Assembly: GCF_009914755.1 (NCBI RefSeq) | Contig: NC_060947.1 | Source: the human T2T-CHM13v2.0 reference genome, Homo sapiens | Direction: 5' to 3' (one strand) | DNA length: 64,000 nucleotides | Part shown: in pieces, positions 14,238-28,429 of the stretch | Layout of the letters: each line of letters starts with the position of its first letter | Position numbering within the stretch: the first letter of the stretch is position 1 | The notes under the pieces: model-generated | Told to the model about the DNA's origin: nothing | Database searches by the model: none | Seen by the model: the letters and a program-made list of their open reading frames with translations, nothing else | Position numbers and translations under genes: made by a program

Positions 14238-14562
14238 TGTTACTGGATATCCCTCTCACAGGAAACTTGTTTATACTGTCAGTCACCCTTGTGGTTCTTC
14301 TCTGACCTACATCCAGTTTATTTCTACCAAGATACCAAGATAGCCACTCTAGGAAATACCTAACAAATAGATTAGGTTTGGGTATGTTGGCCAGGTGAGA
14401 CTCAGAAGAGGCAACACAATAAAACACATGAAAAACAGAAGCATTGTATTACTTTCATATTCCAGAGAAAAGGGGGCAACCTGCCTTGCAGAGCCAAAGG
14501 GATAAGGGGGGCCCTCTGGGACACATGCACTCTACCAGCAGGGGGAGAGGGAGAAGAGACAG

Positions 14563-14611
<49 letters not shown>

Positions 14612-14627
14612 CAGAGGGGGAGAGAGA

Positions 14628-14659
<32 letters not shown>

Positions 14660-15264
14660 CCTGTGTATCAAAGCCTTTCTTGGGGTCTGGGATTTTACCC
14701 AAGCCAATTTCCCATGGAGATTTCTAACTGGTGGGTTTACAGAAAGTAGACACAAGTTCCATGGAGTCACTGGAGTCATACTGTGACTGAAAGGTGGTCA
14801 TAGTGGCTTACTTGCACAGCTCATTTGGGTGTAGGGGTCATTGGAGTAAGTCAAGTAGGTGATATATACATATATATCCCATAAATAAATATCTACACAT
14901 GGTGTACATATTTATCTTTCTATATATAGAAATATTATTTCTATATTTATTTCTATATTTATCTCTCTATATAATAATATAGAAATATTATTTCTATATT
15001 TATCTTTCTATATATAGAACTATTATTTCTTTCTATATATAGAAATATTATTTCTTTCTATATATAGAAAGATTATTATCTTTCTATGTATATATTCCAT
15101 AAAGATGGTCACCAAGAGGTGACAGTACAAGGAAGACATATACATCAAACACATTTTAAAACTGGGAGGAGGCAGATAAATGGAAAGTGTGTTAAGGGTG
15201 ACTAAGCCCTATTTCTGGTATAAAAAAGTTCAACTTATATTACAAAATGGAAGCCAAGAAACCA
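14238..15264 (-). mobile_element. ERV1 solo LTR (MER67-like) expanded by an (AG)n tract at 14540-14658 and an AT-rich repeat at 14860-15100
   Basis: tgttactggatatccctctcacaggaaacttg...caacttatattacaaaatggaagccaagaaacca, with TG..CA termini. Confidence 0.65.
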
Positions 15265-15289
15265 AAAAAATAGAGAAATTTACTACAAA

Positions 15290-15640
15290 TTAAGTGACAT
15301 AATCCAGTCACAAAAGAAAAATTACTGCTGTATGATTCAAATTATGTGAGGTATGCAGAATAGTCAAATTCATAGAGGTAGGTAGTTTTGGTATAGTGGT
15401 GAGCATAACTGCCTTCCAAGTTCATAGAAACAGACAACAGAATGGTGGGGAGAATGAGGTGTTACTAATGAGTATAAAATTTCAGTTTTGTGAGATAAAA
15501 TGAGTTTTGTGGATGAATGGTTGTGATGATAGCATAACAATGTAAATATACTTAATGGTACTGAAACGTGCACTTCAAATGGTTATGATTGTACATTTTA
15601 TATTATTTTTATTTGTATTTAATTACAATTTTATAAATGT
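15290..15640 (+). mobile_element. L1MB-like 3' end (probable continuation of the 10220-14225 element)
   Basis: ccagtcacaaaag...gtcaaattcatagag...aatggttatgattgtacattttat. Confidence 0.75.
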
Positions 15641-16008
15641 GGAAAAAAGGCTTCAAAATCACATTTTGAAATCCACTGAATAAACATTTAATGAAATGCT
15701 TGATTTATTTCAAGTCAAGCAATTTATTTAAAATAAGAAAATTATATGTAATTTATGAGAACTAGTGTAGTACTGATTTATTAAATTTTCTGGTTAAATG
15801 TGGGTTAAATCTAAATAACAATTTTTTACTCTTCTCTTGTAGTATTTTCAAAATGTAAAAAAGTGAATAAAGTTGTGTGTTCTTTTCTGTGTACTATGGG
15901 GGGGTATTATCCAAAGGTCAGTGATCAATATTTAAAATATTGCTAGGGTTGCGTGTCAAAGGATGTCAAAATAAGCATGAATAGACCCAAGACATTCCAA
16001 GGAAATTT

Positions 16009-16089
16009 TCCTTCCCTCCTTTCTTCCTTCCTTCCTTTCTTCCTTCCTTCCTTCTTTCCCTCTTTCTCTCTCTTTTCTTTCTTTCTTTT

Positions 16090-16134
<45 letters not shown>

Positions 16135-16279
16135 TTTCTTTCTTCCTTCCTTCCTTTCCTTCCTTCCTTCCTTCCTTCCTTCCTTCCTTCCTTCCTTCCT
16201 TCTTTCTTTCTTTCTTTCTTTCTCTCTTTCCTTTCTTTCCTTCTTTTGTTCATTCGTTCATTCTTTTTCTTTCTTTTTT
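16009..16279 (+). repeat. (TTTC)n/(TTCC)n polypyrimidine microsatellite
   Basis: Directly visible. Confidence 0.97.
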
Positions 16280-16387
16280 GCTAAATCTCTGATATGAATT
16301 TTTTTAGAGTTGACTCTCTTATAGAAGTACATTTTAAAAAGAAGTAATTTTGATTATCTGAGCTTTAACCTCATATGTCTTCTAGTA

Positions 16388-16556
16388 GATTTCTAATTGG
16401 TGGGTTTACAGAAAGTAGGCACAAGTTCCATGGAGTCATTGGAGTCATACTGTGACTGAAAGTTGGTCACAGTGGCTTACTTGCACAGCTCATTTGGGTG
16501 TAAGGGTCACTGGAGTAAGTCAAGTAGGTGATATATACACATATATCACATAAATA
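16388..16556 (+). repeat. 169-bp direct duplicate of 14719-14887
   Basis: Hand alignment shows 9 substitutions and no indels. Confidence 0.95.
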
Positions 16557-16929
16557 TATATATATGGGATATAAAGATTCCAATGTATTTTATAATTTTA
16601 CATTTAGCTTAAGATAAGGATAATGAGGTTAATAATAGAACTTTTTTAAATAGTAAATTTTAGAGGATGTGTAATAATTTACGAAATAAAATTTACGAAA
16701 TAAAACTCAAAGAAAAATTTTAGTACAAGTTGTTAAGAACTTCTAACCAAATTTCATACTTAGGCCACTTTGTTTATATAATCTACATTATTTATTTTGT
16801 TATCTTTAGAGTTAACCCGTAAAATAGAAATAAAATGTTTAGGTTTCAGTTTTCACTATAGGCCTTTAACTTTAAAATAAATCTTAAGTTGTTTTATATT
16901 CCACACAATTTAACAATCAAAGTACATTT

Positions 16930-18505
16930 TAACGTGTTTTCATTCTGGTATAAAACACCTAGAGGCACAACAGATTTTTGAACGTTGACTTCATATCCTG
17001 CAATTTGGCTAAAATTATTTATTATCTATAATAATTTGTTTTGTTATATTTTGTGACTGTTTATGCTTTTTATATTTAAAATAATGTTATATATGAACAG
17101 AGATAATTTTACTTCTTTTTTGATGTGGATGCCTTTTATTTCTTTTTATTGCCTAAATGCCTGGGCCATGACTTCCAGTACTATGCAAAATAGAAGTGTC
17201 AAAAGTATACATCTTTCTCTTTTTCCTGATCTTAGAGAAAAAGCCTTCAGTATTTTAACATTGAGAGTGATATTATTTGTGGGCTTTTTATATGTGGCAG
17301 TCATTATGTTAGGCTATTTCTCTCTATTCCTAGAATGTTAAGTGTTTTCACTATGAAATATTGTTGAATTTTGTTAAATACTTTTTCTACATCTATCGAG
17401 ATAACCATGTGATTTTTTTTCTTCTTGTTGTTAATGTGATATATCATACTGATTGATTGCTTATGTTGAACCATTCCTGAATTGGTTACATGGCATAATT
17501 CTTTTAATATTCTGTTAAAATAAGTTTGCTAATATTTGTTGAAAATTTTTGAATATCTATTCATCAGCAATACTAGATTATTGTTTTCTTTTCTTACAGT
17601 GTCTTTTTCTAGTTCTGGTGTCAAGGTAATGCTGGCCTCCTAAAATAAGTTTCATAGTATGTTTTAGTCCATCTTTGCTGTGATAACAATATACTACAGA
17701 TTGAACAATTTATAAATAATTTAAATTTATTTCTCACATTCTTGAAGGGCAAAAGGTCCAATATCAAGGCTCTGACAAATTTGGTGTCTGGTAAGAGACA
17801 CTCTCTCTTCTTCCAAAATGAAGCCTTGTTGCTGTGTCTTGTGGATGGTTTGAATGCTGTGTCCTCACATGGCAGAAGGCAGAAGGGCAAAAGAGGGTAT
17901 ATTCTATGTCCTCACGTGACAGAAGAGTTAAAGAGCTAAAAAAGACTAAGTTTTCTCCACCCTTCTTATAAGTCACTGATTCATGTATAATGGAACCCTT
18001 ATGACTTAATCATTTCCCCAAAGTTTCCACCTCTTGATACCACTGCAATGGGGATTAAGTTTCAGCACATGAATTTAGCAGCACACATTCTGATCACAGA
18101 AAAGTGTTCTTTCCTCTTCAATTTTTGAAAAACTTTGAGATTGATTTCCATTAATTCTTGAAATATTTGGTAGAATTCACTAGTGAAAGGTTGGGTATTT
18201 GCTTTGTTGGAAGGATTTTGATTGCAGATCCATTCTTCTAACTAGTGATAGGCCTGGCCAGATTTGTTATTTCTTAATGATTCAGTATTGGTAAGTTGTA
18301 TACAACAAGGAATTTATCCATTTTTTTATCCAATTTGTTTAAGTATAAATGTACATAACATTTTTTTACCAATTCTTTTAATTTCTGAGGCATCAGTTGC
18401 AAGGTTTCTTCTTTTATTTCTTATAAATTTGCATATTTTCCCTTTTTATTTTCAGTTAATCTAGCTAAAAGTTTGTCAATTTTATTGATCTTTTTAAAAC
18501 ATCAA
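16930..18505 (-). mobile_element. Old L1 ORF2 fragment (antisense)
   Basis: gataattttacttc...gacttccagtactatg...ggtagaattcactagtgaa is a typical antisense ORF2 RT region. Confidence 0.85.
17660..18101 (-). mobile_element. MaLR solo LTR (MST family)
   Basis: tgttttagtcc...tttatttctcaca...gtgtcctcacatggcagaagg...gggattaagtttc. Confidence 0.85.
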
Positions 18506-18509
18506 CTGT

Positions 18510-20555
18510 TATTTTTTTTAATTTTAGATTCAGTGGGTACATGTGCAGGTTTGTAACATGGGTATATTGAGTGATGCTGAGACTTGAAATACAAATGATC
18601 CCGTTACCTAGCTACTGAGCATAGTATGCAATAGTTAGTTCTTCAATTCCTGTTCCACTCTCTCCTTCCACTCTGCAGTATGACACATACCAAGTGTCTA
18701 TTGTTACCCTTTTTATGACCATGAGTACTTAATGTTTAGCTCTCACTTATAAGTGAGAATATGTGTTACTTGATTTTCTGTTCCTGCATTAATTCACATA
18801 GGATAATGGCTTCCAGCTCCATCCGTGTTGTTGCAAGAGACATTTTTCCATTCTTTTTAATAGCTGCGTAGTATTCCATGGTGCATATATACCATATTTT
18901 CTTTATCTAGTCTACTGTTAATGGACCTCTAGGTTAATTTCATGTATTTGCTGTTGTGAATAACAATGAACATATGTGTGCATGTATCTCTGTAGTAGAA
19001 CGATTTATTTTTTTTGGACATATACCCAGTAATGGGATTAGTAGGTTGAATAGCAGTTCTGATTCAAGTTATTTGAGAAATCTCCAGAATGCTTTCCACA
19101 GTAGTTGAACTAATTTACATTCCCATTAGCAGTATGTAATTGTTCCCTTTTCTCAGGAGCCTTACCATCATCTGTTGTTTTTTGACTTTTTGATAATAGC
19201 CATTCTGCCTGGTGTGTCATAATATCTCATTGTGGTTTTGCTTTGCATTTCTCTGATGATCATTGATGTGGAGCAGTTTTTCATGTTTATTGGCCACTTG
19301 TATAAATTATTTTGGGTAGTGTCTGTTCATGTCTTTTGCCAACTGTTTAATTGGGTTATTTGCTTTTTGCTTGCTGAATTATATAAGTTTCTTATGGATT
19401 CTGGATATTAGACCTTTGTCTAATATATAGTTTGTGAATATATTCTCCCAGTCTGTAGGTTGTCTGTTTATGCTGTTGCTAGTTTATTTTGCTGTGCAGA
19501 AGCTCTTTAGTTGAATTAGGTCTCACTTGTTGAGTTTTGTTTCTGATGCAATTGCTTTTTACAATTTAGTCATAATTCTCTTTCAAAGCCAATGTTTCCT
19601 AAGTTTTCTTCTAGTATTCTTATATTCTGATGTCTTATAGGTAAATTTTTAATCAATTTTAATTAATTTTTGTGTATGGTGAAGGGTAGTGGTCAAGTTT
19701 TCATTCTTCCGCATATGGCTAACCAACTATCTCAGCACCATTATTGTATAAATAGAGGGTCCTTTACCCATTGGAGTACACAGATTCCTTTATCTATTGC
19801 TTTTTCAGTCAACTTTGTCAAAAATCAGATGGCTTAGTTGTATGATTTTATTTTGGGGATCTCTATTCTGTTTTATTGGTCTATGCATCTTTTTTTTTGT
19901 ATCAGTACCATGCTGTTTTAGTTACTATATCATGATAGTATAGTTTGAAGTCAGGTAATGTGATATTTCCACCTTTGTTCTTTTTGCTTACAATTATTTT
20001 GATTAGTCAGGGTCTTTTGTGTTCCATACAAATTTTAGAATAGTTTTTTTTCTAATTATATAAACAATTACATTGTTATTTTGATGGAAATAGCATTGCA
20101 TTTCTAGATTGCTTTGGGCAGTATGGCCATTTTAACAATATTGATTCCTCTAATTGATGAGCATGAAATATTTTTTCACTTGTTTGTGTTGTTTACTATT
20201 TCTTTTAGGAGCGTTTCACAGTTATCCTTGTAGAGATCTTTCACCTCTTTTGTTAGATGTATTCCTAGGTATGTAATGTTTTTGTGGCTATTATAAATAG
20301 GAATGTGTTCCTGATCTGGATCTCAGCTTGAATGTTATTGATGTATAGAAATGCTACCAATTTTGTACATTGATTTTGTACCCTGAAGCTTTACTGAAGC
20401 CATTTATCAGTTCCAGGGACCCTTTGGTAGAGTCTTCAGTGTTTTCTAGGTATATAATAATATCATCTAGGAAAAGAGATAATTTCACTACTTCTTTTTC
20501 TATTTGGATGTCTTTTATATCTTTCTCTCACCTAATTGTTCTAGCTAGGACTTTC
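18510..20555 (-). mobile_element. 5'-truncated L1 (L1PB or old L1PA), antisense
   Basis: Poly(T), then gggtacatgtgcaggtttg 3' UTR and continuous antisense ORF2. Confidence 0.92.
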
Positions 20556-21720
20556 TGAATTTATTTTTAGTGTATTCAAATTGAGTCACTAGCATATCTA
20601 CATTTAGCACCTTAGTGCAAATTAAAATGCCAAAACTACACTAAAATCAGTTTTTACAATATGTGGAAAAATGTCTGAATGAAGCCCTATTTGGAAAAAT
20701 ATACCTATATTGCTTCCTCCTGAATTATTTTAAGATTTTTTTTAATGTCAGAACAAGCCATAACTTGGTAGTTTCAGAAGCTTCCATTAGCACTTACACA
20801 AAGAGAGTTTAAAATAATAACAAACTTAATCAAATGTTAATATTAACATTTAATGCATAACAAAGAACATAAAACCATGTAAAAATATCACATACATAAA
20901 TTATTATAAATGCCATGACAGTAAGAAGTATGCCCTTGATGCTTCATAACAGTTCCCTTTTCCCCAATAATAGTAATGTTTTCAAAATTTTCATCATATT
21001 TTACCATAAGAATAAAAGTCTATATTTACACCAGATAAATCTTGGCCATCAATACTGCATTGTCTAGCCCCGATATTTTTTGCCTTTCCCATTTGTATTT
21101 ATCTATAAGAAGTTGGAAGGTATATTGATACATATGATTTCCTGACCATTGTGGCCAATCGGTTAGGGGATCTCATAGGCCAGTTATTTGTGTAAGCTCT
21201 ATCAAGCATTCTTGTTTTAATCAAAATTCAATTATTTTGAGAGTAACAACTGTTTTTCATCCTAAAAAAATTGACACCATATTGCAAAATTGCCATGCAG
21301 AAATTGAGTACCTCCCTGTGTAAGCAGAGGGCAAGCTCCAACCAATGAAAGGGGGAGATCATTCTAGGTTGGTAGGTAGTCAAATAATTATTTAGGAAGA
21401 GTTTTCATATGAGGTAGTTTTGGGTGGCAGCAAGACAAGGTAGATCTCTGCGCTTGCAATGTGTATCTGTCTAGTCTTTTATACCCTGAAAAGAAAAGGG
21501 AAAGGGAAAAAAGTCACTAATGGTGTGTTAAGCTTTCTTAATCTGTGCATTTTCTACTTAGTGAGGTTGTTTGTGTCCCTACAATCAGATCAACATTTCT
21601 AAAAGAATGAGAATGTTCTAGACAATAGCACTTATCTTGGCATCTTTCTGTTTCCTCTAGTCACTGCAAATCTCAACTCACTTCATGGTCATGTACCTAG
21701 AATACATTTACACAATACAT

Positions 21721-22259
21721 TGAAGGAGGTCAGGGAATGTTATCCTGTAATATGCTACCTTGGTATGCTGACTGCCTCAAATTGAGGGCACTTTGGGAAC
21801 CGTTAACGCAGGGAAAATCTTTCTCTGAACTTCCCTTATCTACCCAAATATGGAGTCCCCAAAAAAGCCCATAAATGGAATGAAGTCCCTCCTTGGGAAT
21901 CTCATCAACCAGAGAAGAATAAACTTTTATTGCAGGAGAGAAGACTGCTGACATCACACCCAGACAGAATTTGTCATAGGCTATTACCTATTCTTTTAAA
22001 GACCCATTCATCTTTCTCCAAAATTATTTACTTTTCCCAAAACAACCTGCATTGCTCCTCCCTCTCCCCTGAGAAGAGAGTATGTAAGCTTCTAGATCTC
22101 ACTTGGGTTTGGATATTGACTTTTCTTTCATGTGAGGCTGGCATGTACTTAATAAATTTGTTTACCTTTTCTCCTGTTAATCTGCCTCCTGTCAGTTTAT
22201 TTTGTAGATTCTATTATTGAATCCTCAGAGAGTAGATGTAAAGTCTTCCTTTCCTTACA
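21721..22259 (+). mobile_element. ERV1 solo LTR (MER34-group-like)
   Basis: TG..CA termini, aataaa near 22151 and ttcctttccttaca end; near-TSD acat/acac. Confidence 0.6.
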
Positions 22260-22606
22260 ACACCAATAAGACTCAATTATATTAATTCCAAAATGTTTGC
22301 TGCCATCTAGAATAGTCATTTATCAAATTTAAACAGGAAAAGACAACTTTATTCTGATCCCACCAAAAAATATATTAAGAATTGTTCTAACAGTCTTTTT
22401 ATATTCTATGATAAACAGATGAATTGCTGTTCCAACCATATAAGGAAAGCAATATTAATTTTCATCTATGGAGAAAGACAAAAAGAAAGCAGCTGGTGGG
22501 GTTTTTCTTTTTTGCTGCAGTTCTAACTTCCTCTTGTAGGGTAGAAAAAAATTCTTCCTCTGCCCTCTTAGATTCAATAACTGGAGCCCATGAATAAAAC
22601 TGATAT

Positions 22607-23234
22607 TGTTACTGGAAAGGGTCCTGGTCCAGACCCAAAGAGAGGATTCTTGGATCTCGCACAAGAAAGAATTCAAGGCTAATCCATAAAGTGCAATCAA
22701 GTTTCTTAAGAAAGTAAGGAAATAAAAGAATGGCTACTCTATAGGCAGAGCAGCCCTGAGGGCTGATGATTCACTGTATTTATGGTTGTTTATTGATTAT
22801 ATGCTAAACAAATGGTAGATTATTCGTAAATTTTCTAGGAAAAGGGGTAGGCAGTTCCCAGAACTGCGGGTTCCACCCGTTTTTCCACAAAATAGTGTAA
22901 CTTCCTGATGCTACCATGGCATTTGTAAACTGTCATGGAGCTGGTGGGACTGTCTTTTAGCATGCTAATGCATTATAATTAGTGTATAATGAGCAGTGAG
23001 TATGACCAGAGGTCACTTTTGTCGCCAACTCAGTTTTGATGGGATTTGGCTGGTTCTTTACTGCATGCTGTTTTATCAGCAAGGTCTTTATGACCTGTAT
23101 CTTTTGCCGACCTCCTATCTCATCCTGTGACTAAGAATGCCTTAATATCCTGGGAATGCAGCCCAGTAGGTCTCAGCCTTATTTTACTCAGCCCCTATCA
23201 AGATGGAGTCACTCTTGTTTGAACACCTCTGACA
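22607..23234 (-). mobile_element. MER41 (MER41B-like) solo LTR
   Basis: Reverse complement starts tgtcagaggtgttcaaacaagagtgactccatcttga; 628 bp; perfect ATAT TSD at 22603-22606 and 23235-23238. Confidence 0.85.
22833..22863. promoter_or_regulatory. Tandem GAS (STAT) motifs within MER41
   Basis: TTCTAGGAA (22833-22841) and TTCCCAGAA (22855-22863) both fit TTCN3GAA. Activity is not shown by the sequence. Confidence 0.65.
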
Positions 23235-24769
23235 ATATAGGGCAAATTAAAAGGATAAAAAAAATATTTAATTATGTTCATACACATGGAGTTCACAAAG
23301 AAATGTCACTCAATAAAGCGGGTAGAATTTGAAGTTTATATAACATTTTAAGAAAGGGTGATAAATTGTGGAGAAGTAACTAGACAAAAGAAGAAAGTTT
23401 GGATATCTGGGGATGGCAAATTGTGGGAATGTAAATAGAAAAAACTAATAGAAAATAAGAGGGTTTTTTAGTAAGTTTTATTATTCAGACTCAAGATATT
23501 GCCTTTTTTTGGCAAGAGTAATCCACAGTGATAAAGAGTCTTCCTCATTTTCCTGCAGGAGAAGGAAAGACATTTTCAAATGATACTTTTCTCTACCAAT
23601 AGAAATTTATTCCTTATTTTTACACAGGTTGGGAAGGTAAGATACATTTTTCTGTCTGCTGTGTCTCAATTGCTTTCAGTTTAAAATGATCCTTATGCAA
23701 AAATGGCATAATTTGTGGTGGCATATTCTGATGCTTTTTACTGTCAATGTCTATTGTACTTTACCAAAATACCAAATGAAACATTAAAACAAGCAAATCA
23801 CTGATTTTCAACTTCTTTAGTAGGGGGCTTACTTGAAATAAAGTAGAATAATATTCAGTTTTAGTACAGTTTTAGAAACTGAGTAAAAATATCTCTATCA
23901 TAATACACTTGCCATTTTTTTTTTCTTTTGAGGCTATGTTAGTACCTGCTACATTTAAGTTTAAAAATAACTGTTTCCTATACCTGTGATTTAAAGTTTT
24001 TGGTTTGCCTACTCACCAATCACTTGAAAAGATGGATTGGGTATTAATTTATATGTAACTGAATGGTTTAGAACAATGATTCCCAAGTATCTTTTTTCCC
24101 AGATAGTGAAATTAAATGTAAGATCAGCTAAAGGACTTCTCTGAGCCACAGTTAGTTATATAATTCAAGTCTATTAACTGCCATAATAGCTCTTGATAAT
24201 TAACTCAGAAATTTTCTGAGTAGCAGGTGGCTAATGGTTATTTTCCTTAGCCTACATGGAGTCCTCAGTCTGCCTCAGTGAGACAAACTAAACTGCTTAG
24301 TAAGCAAGGTGCTAGTCTTCTTCATCCCATGAAGTAGGAAATAAACAGAAAGAGCAAGAGTCACATACATGAAAAAATCTAATGAGAATTTTTATACTAA
24401 CATGCATATGTAGAGCCAATGTCCTCTTACACTATCCTTTACCAGTGAAAATATTTCTTTGCTTAGCTATCACTTCAATGACTTATCTTGTAATCATGTG
24501 AGAAAAGACTTAACCCAGCAGTTGGTTTTAATTTGGGACTTACTAAATGATGAACAGCTAGTATATTGAGGCCTCTTAAAAGGTTATAAGCCAATACTTG
24601 AATCTCTGGAAGTTGGGTTGGTGGCCAGAGCTGATTGCAGGGAAAAGGGATTTTTGTTTCTTCTGAAAATTAGCTGACTCAGAAAGTATGGAAAAGTACT
24701 ATAAATAGGTGATGGTGTTACAAGATTTCAATAGTGTCATTTTTATAGGTCAGTATTGAAGGACAGTAG

Positions 24770-25195
24770 TGTCAACCTTAAATAATGAGATTCAGAATAT
24801 GTGATTAAGTATAGAGTCTGTACAGGTGCAAAGCTTGAGAGTGCCCACCTGGAAAACACTGACTCCAAACAAATGCAGTTGGTTTTCCAAACTGGAGAAG
24901 TTAAGTATTCACTTATATAGGCAGAGTCAGAGGAGTTTTAGCAGGATTATAACACATTCCATACAAGACCAGTGAATATACTACAGTAATTTGATTGGTT
25001 ACGGACTGCTACATTCCCAGAAAAATCATTTTGTTACTTTTTGAGGAGGCCTAGTGATCTGAGAGTGTCTTAAATATTTAGAGGAAAATAAGGCAGTAGT
25101 TGCAGCTGCATGCTGCGTGATTCAAACTGCATAACCACATTCCTCTAAAGGCTCAGAATAATTTAAAGTTCCAACAACTTTTATTTAATTTCACA
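24770..25195 (-). mobile_element. Probable ERV1 (MER4-group) solo LTR
   Basis: tgtcaaccttaaataatgagattcag...aatttcaca with TG..CA termini; family uncertain. Confidence 0.55.
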
Positions 25196-25656
25196 CCAGT
25201 AATTTATGACATAGGAATAACACGTAATAACTTTCTGTTAGAAATTAGTATTGCATACCCCTAAAAATGTGAAACTTTGAGAGACTTCACAATTTACTTA
25301 ACTATATATTTCATCTAATTTAAGCAATATTCACTTACTGTGGTATGGATGTCATCTATTTAATAATTTTAGCTTTGCAGCTTATATTATTCTATAATTA
25401 CATCATATATTTGTTATTTAATTGAATTTTTACTATGCATTAGGCATTTATACTATGTAAAATTATTCTCTGTGAGTCTAGGTTTGAAAGAAGAAAGTTT
25501 TAAATAGAAAGTATAGTCTTACCTGTATCAAGCAAACTAAAGTTTGATAAACCAAGCTGAAGAACAAATGCATATTTTAGTTTCCAAAAATCAACTGGAA
25601 AGCTGTGAAAAGTCAAGAAGCTCACATCAAATTTCAAAAAGCTAAGATAGTTTTAA

Positions 25657-27150
<1,494 letters not shown>

Positions 27151-27339
27151 TATGAAAGTGATATGTCCGCTCTAAACAATGTTTCTCTTGAAGATACCTG
27201 TATACTCAGTAACAAAACATTATATATCATATATCTATTCCTTTACATAGCCTGAAAAACATTTAGAAGAAACTAATGGTTCATAGACTAAGATCATTTT
27301 TTCAGGCAATATTTTGATTTAATTTAAAGTGTTATTTTT

Positions 27340-27908
27340 ATTATTAAAATTTTAAACAGCTTTCTTCAGGCATAATAGAAAACTGCACATATTTGAAGCA
27401 TAAATTTTAATAAATTTTGCCATATGTATGTATCCTGAAACTATCACTATAATCAAGGAAATGAATGTATTCATTGCACAAAAGTTTTCTCTTGTCCCTT
27501 TGAATTCCATTCTGTGGACCTTCCCCACATCTCTGTGCTCACAAAACTACTCATCTGTTGTCTCTCACTATAGGTGTGTTCACATTTTCTAGAATTTTAT
27601 ATAAATGAAATTGCATGAGGTGTCATTTTTTCAATGTGGCTTCTTCATTGTGCATGATTATTTTTAAATATATCCGTGGTCTTGTTTGTGTTAACAATCA
27701 TTTTTGTCCCTGAGAAGTATCTCATTATATAGATATGCCACTGTAGCTTTATCTATTCACTTGTTAAAGGAAATTTGGGACTTTTCTTGTTTTGGCTACT
27801 GAAAATAAAGCTGCTTTGAACAATCAGGTCCCAATATTTGTATGAACATATACTTTTATTTCTCTTGGGTAAATCCCTATAAGTGGAATGTCTGAATTAT
27901 ATGGTAGG
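27340..27908 (-). mobile_element. Old L1 (L1MC/ME-like) 3' region; host of the HERV-L, resuming at about 33764-33810
   Basis: ttctagaattttatataaatg...aaataaagctgct...ttctcttgggtaaatccct. Confidence 0.8.
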
Positions 27909-28296
27909 TGTGATGGTTAATACTGTCAACTTGATTGGATTGAACAATACAAAGTATTGATCTTGGGTGTGTCTGTGAGGGTGTTGCCAAAAGAGATTAA
28001 CATTTGAGTCAGTGGGTTGGGGAAGGCAGACCCACCCTTAATCTGGGTGGGCACAATCTATTCATCTGCCCGTGCTGCTGTAATATAAGCAGGCAGAAAA
28101 TTGTGAAAAAAGAGACTGGCCTAGCCTCCCAGCCTACATCTTTCTCTTGTGCTGGATGCTTCTTGCTCTCAAACATTGGATTCCAAGTTCTTCAGTTTTG
28201 GAACTCAAACTTGCTCTCCTTGCTCCTCAGCCTGCAGATGGCCTATTGTGGGAACTTGTGATCATGTGAGTTAATATTTAATAAACTCCCCATGTA

Positions 28297-28327
<31 letters not shown>

Positions 28328-28429
28328 ATATTTCATTAGTTCTTTCTAGAGAATCCTAGACTAATACAGACTTGGGTACCAGGAGTGGTTCTGGAGGAAC
28401 AGAATATTAAGGATGGAGATCTGTCATTG

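Larger units (their letters stand above)
22536..23742 (-). mobile_element. ERV1 solo LTR (MER34/MER39-group), split by MER41
   Basis: Reverse complement begins cagaatatgccaccacaaattatgcc...gcataaggatcatttt. Confidence 0.7.
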
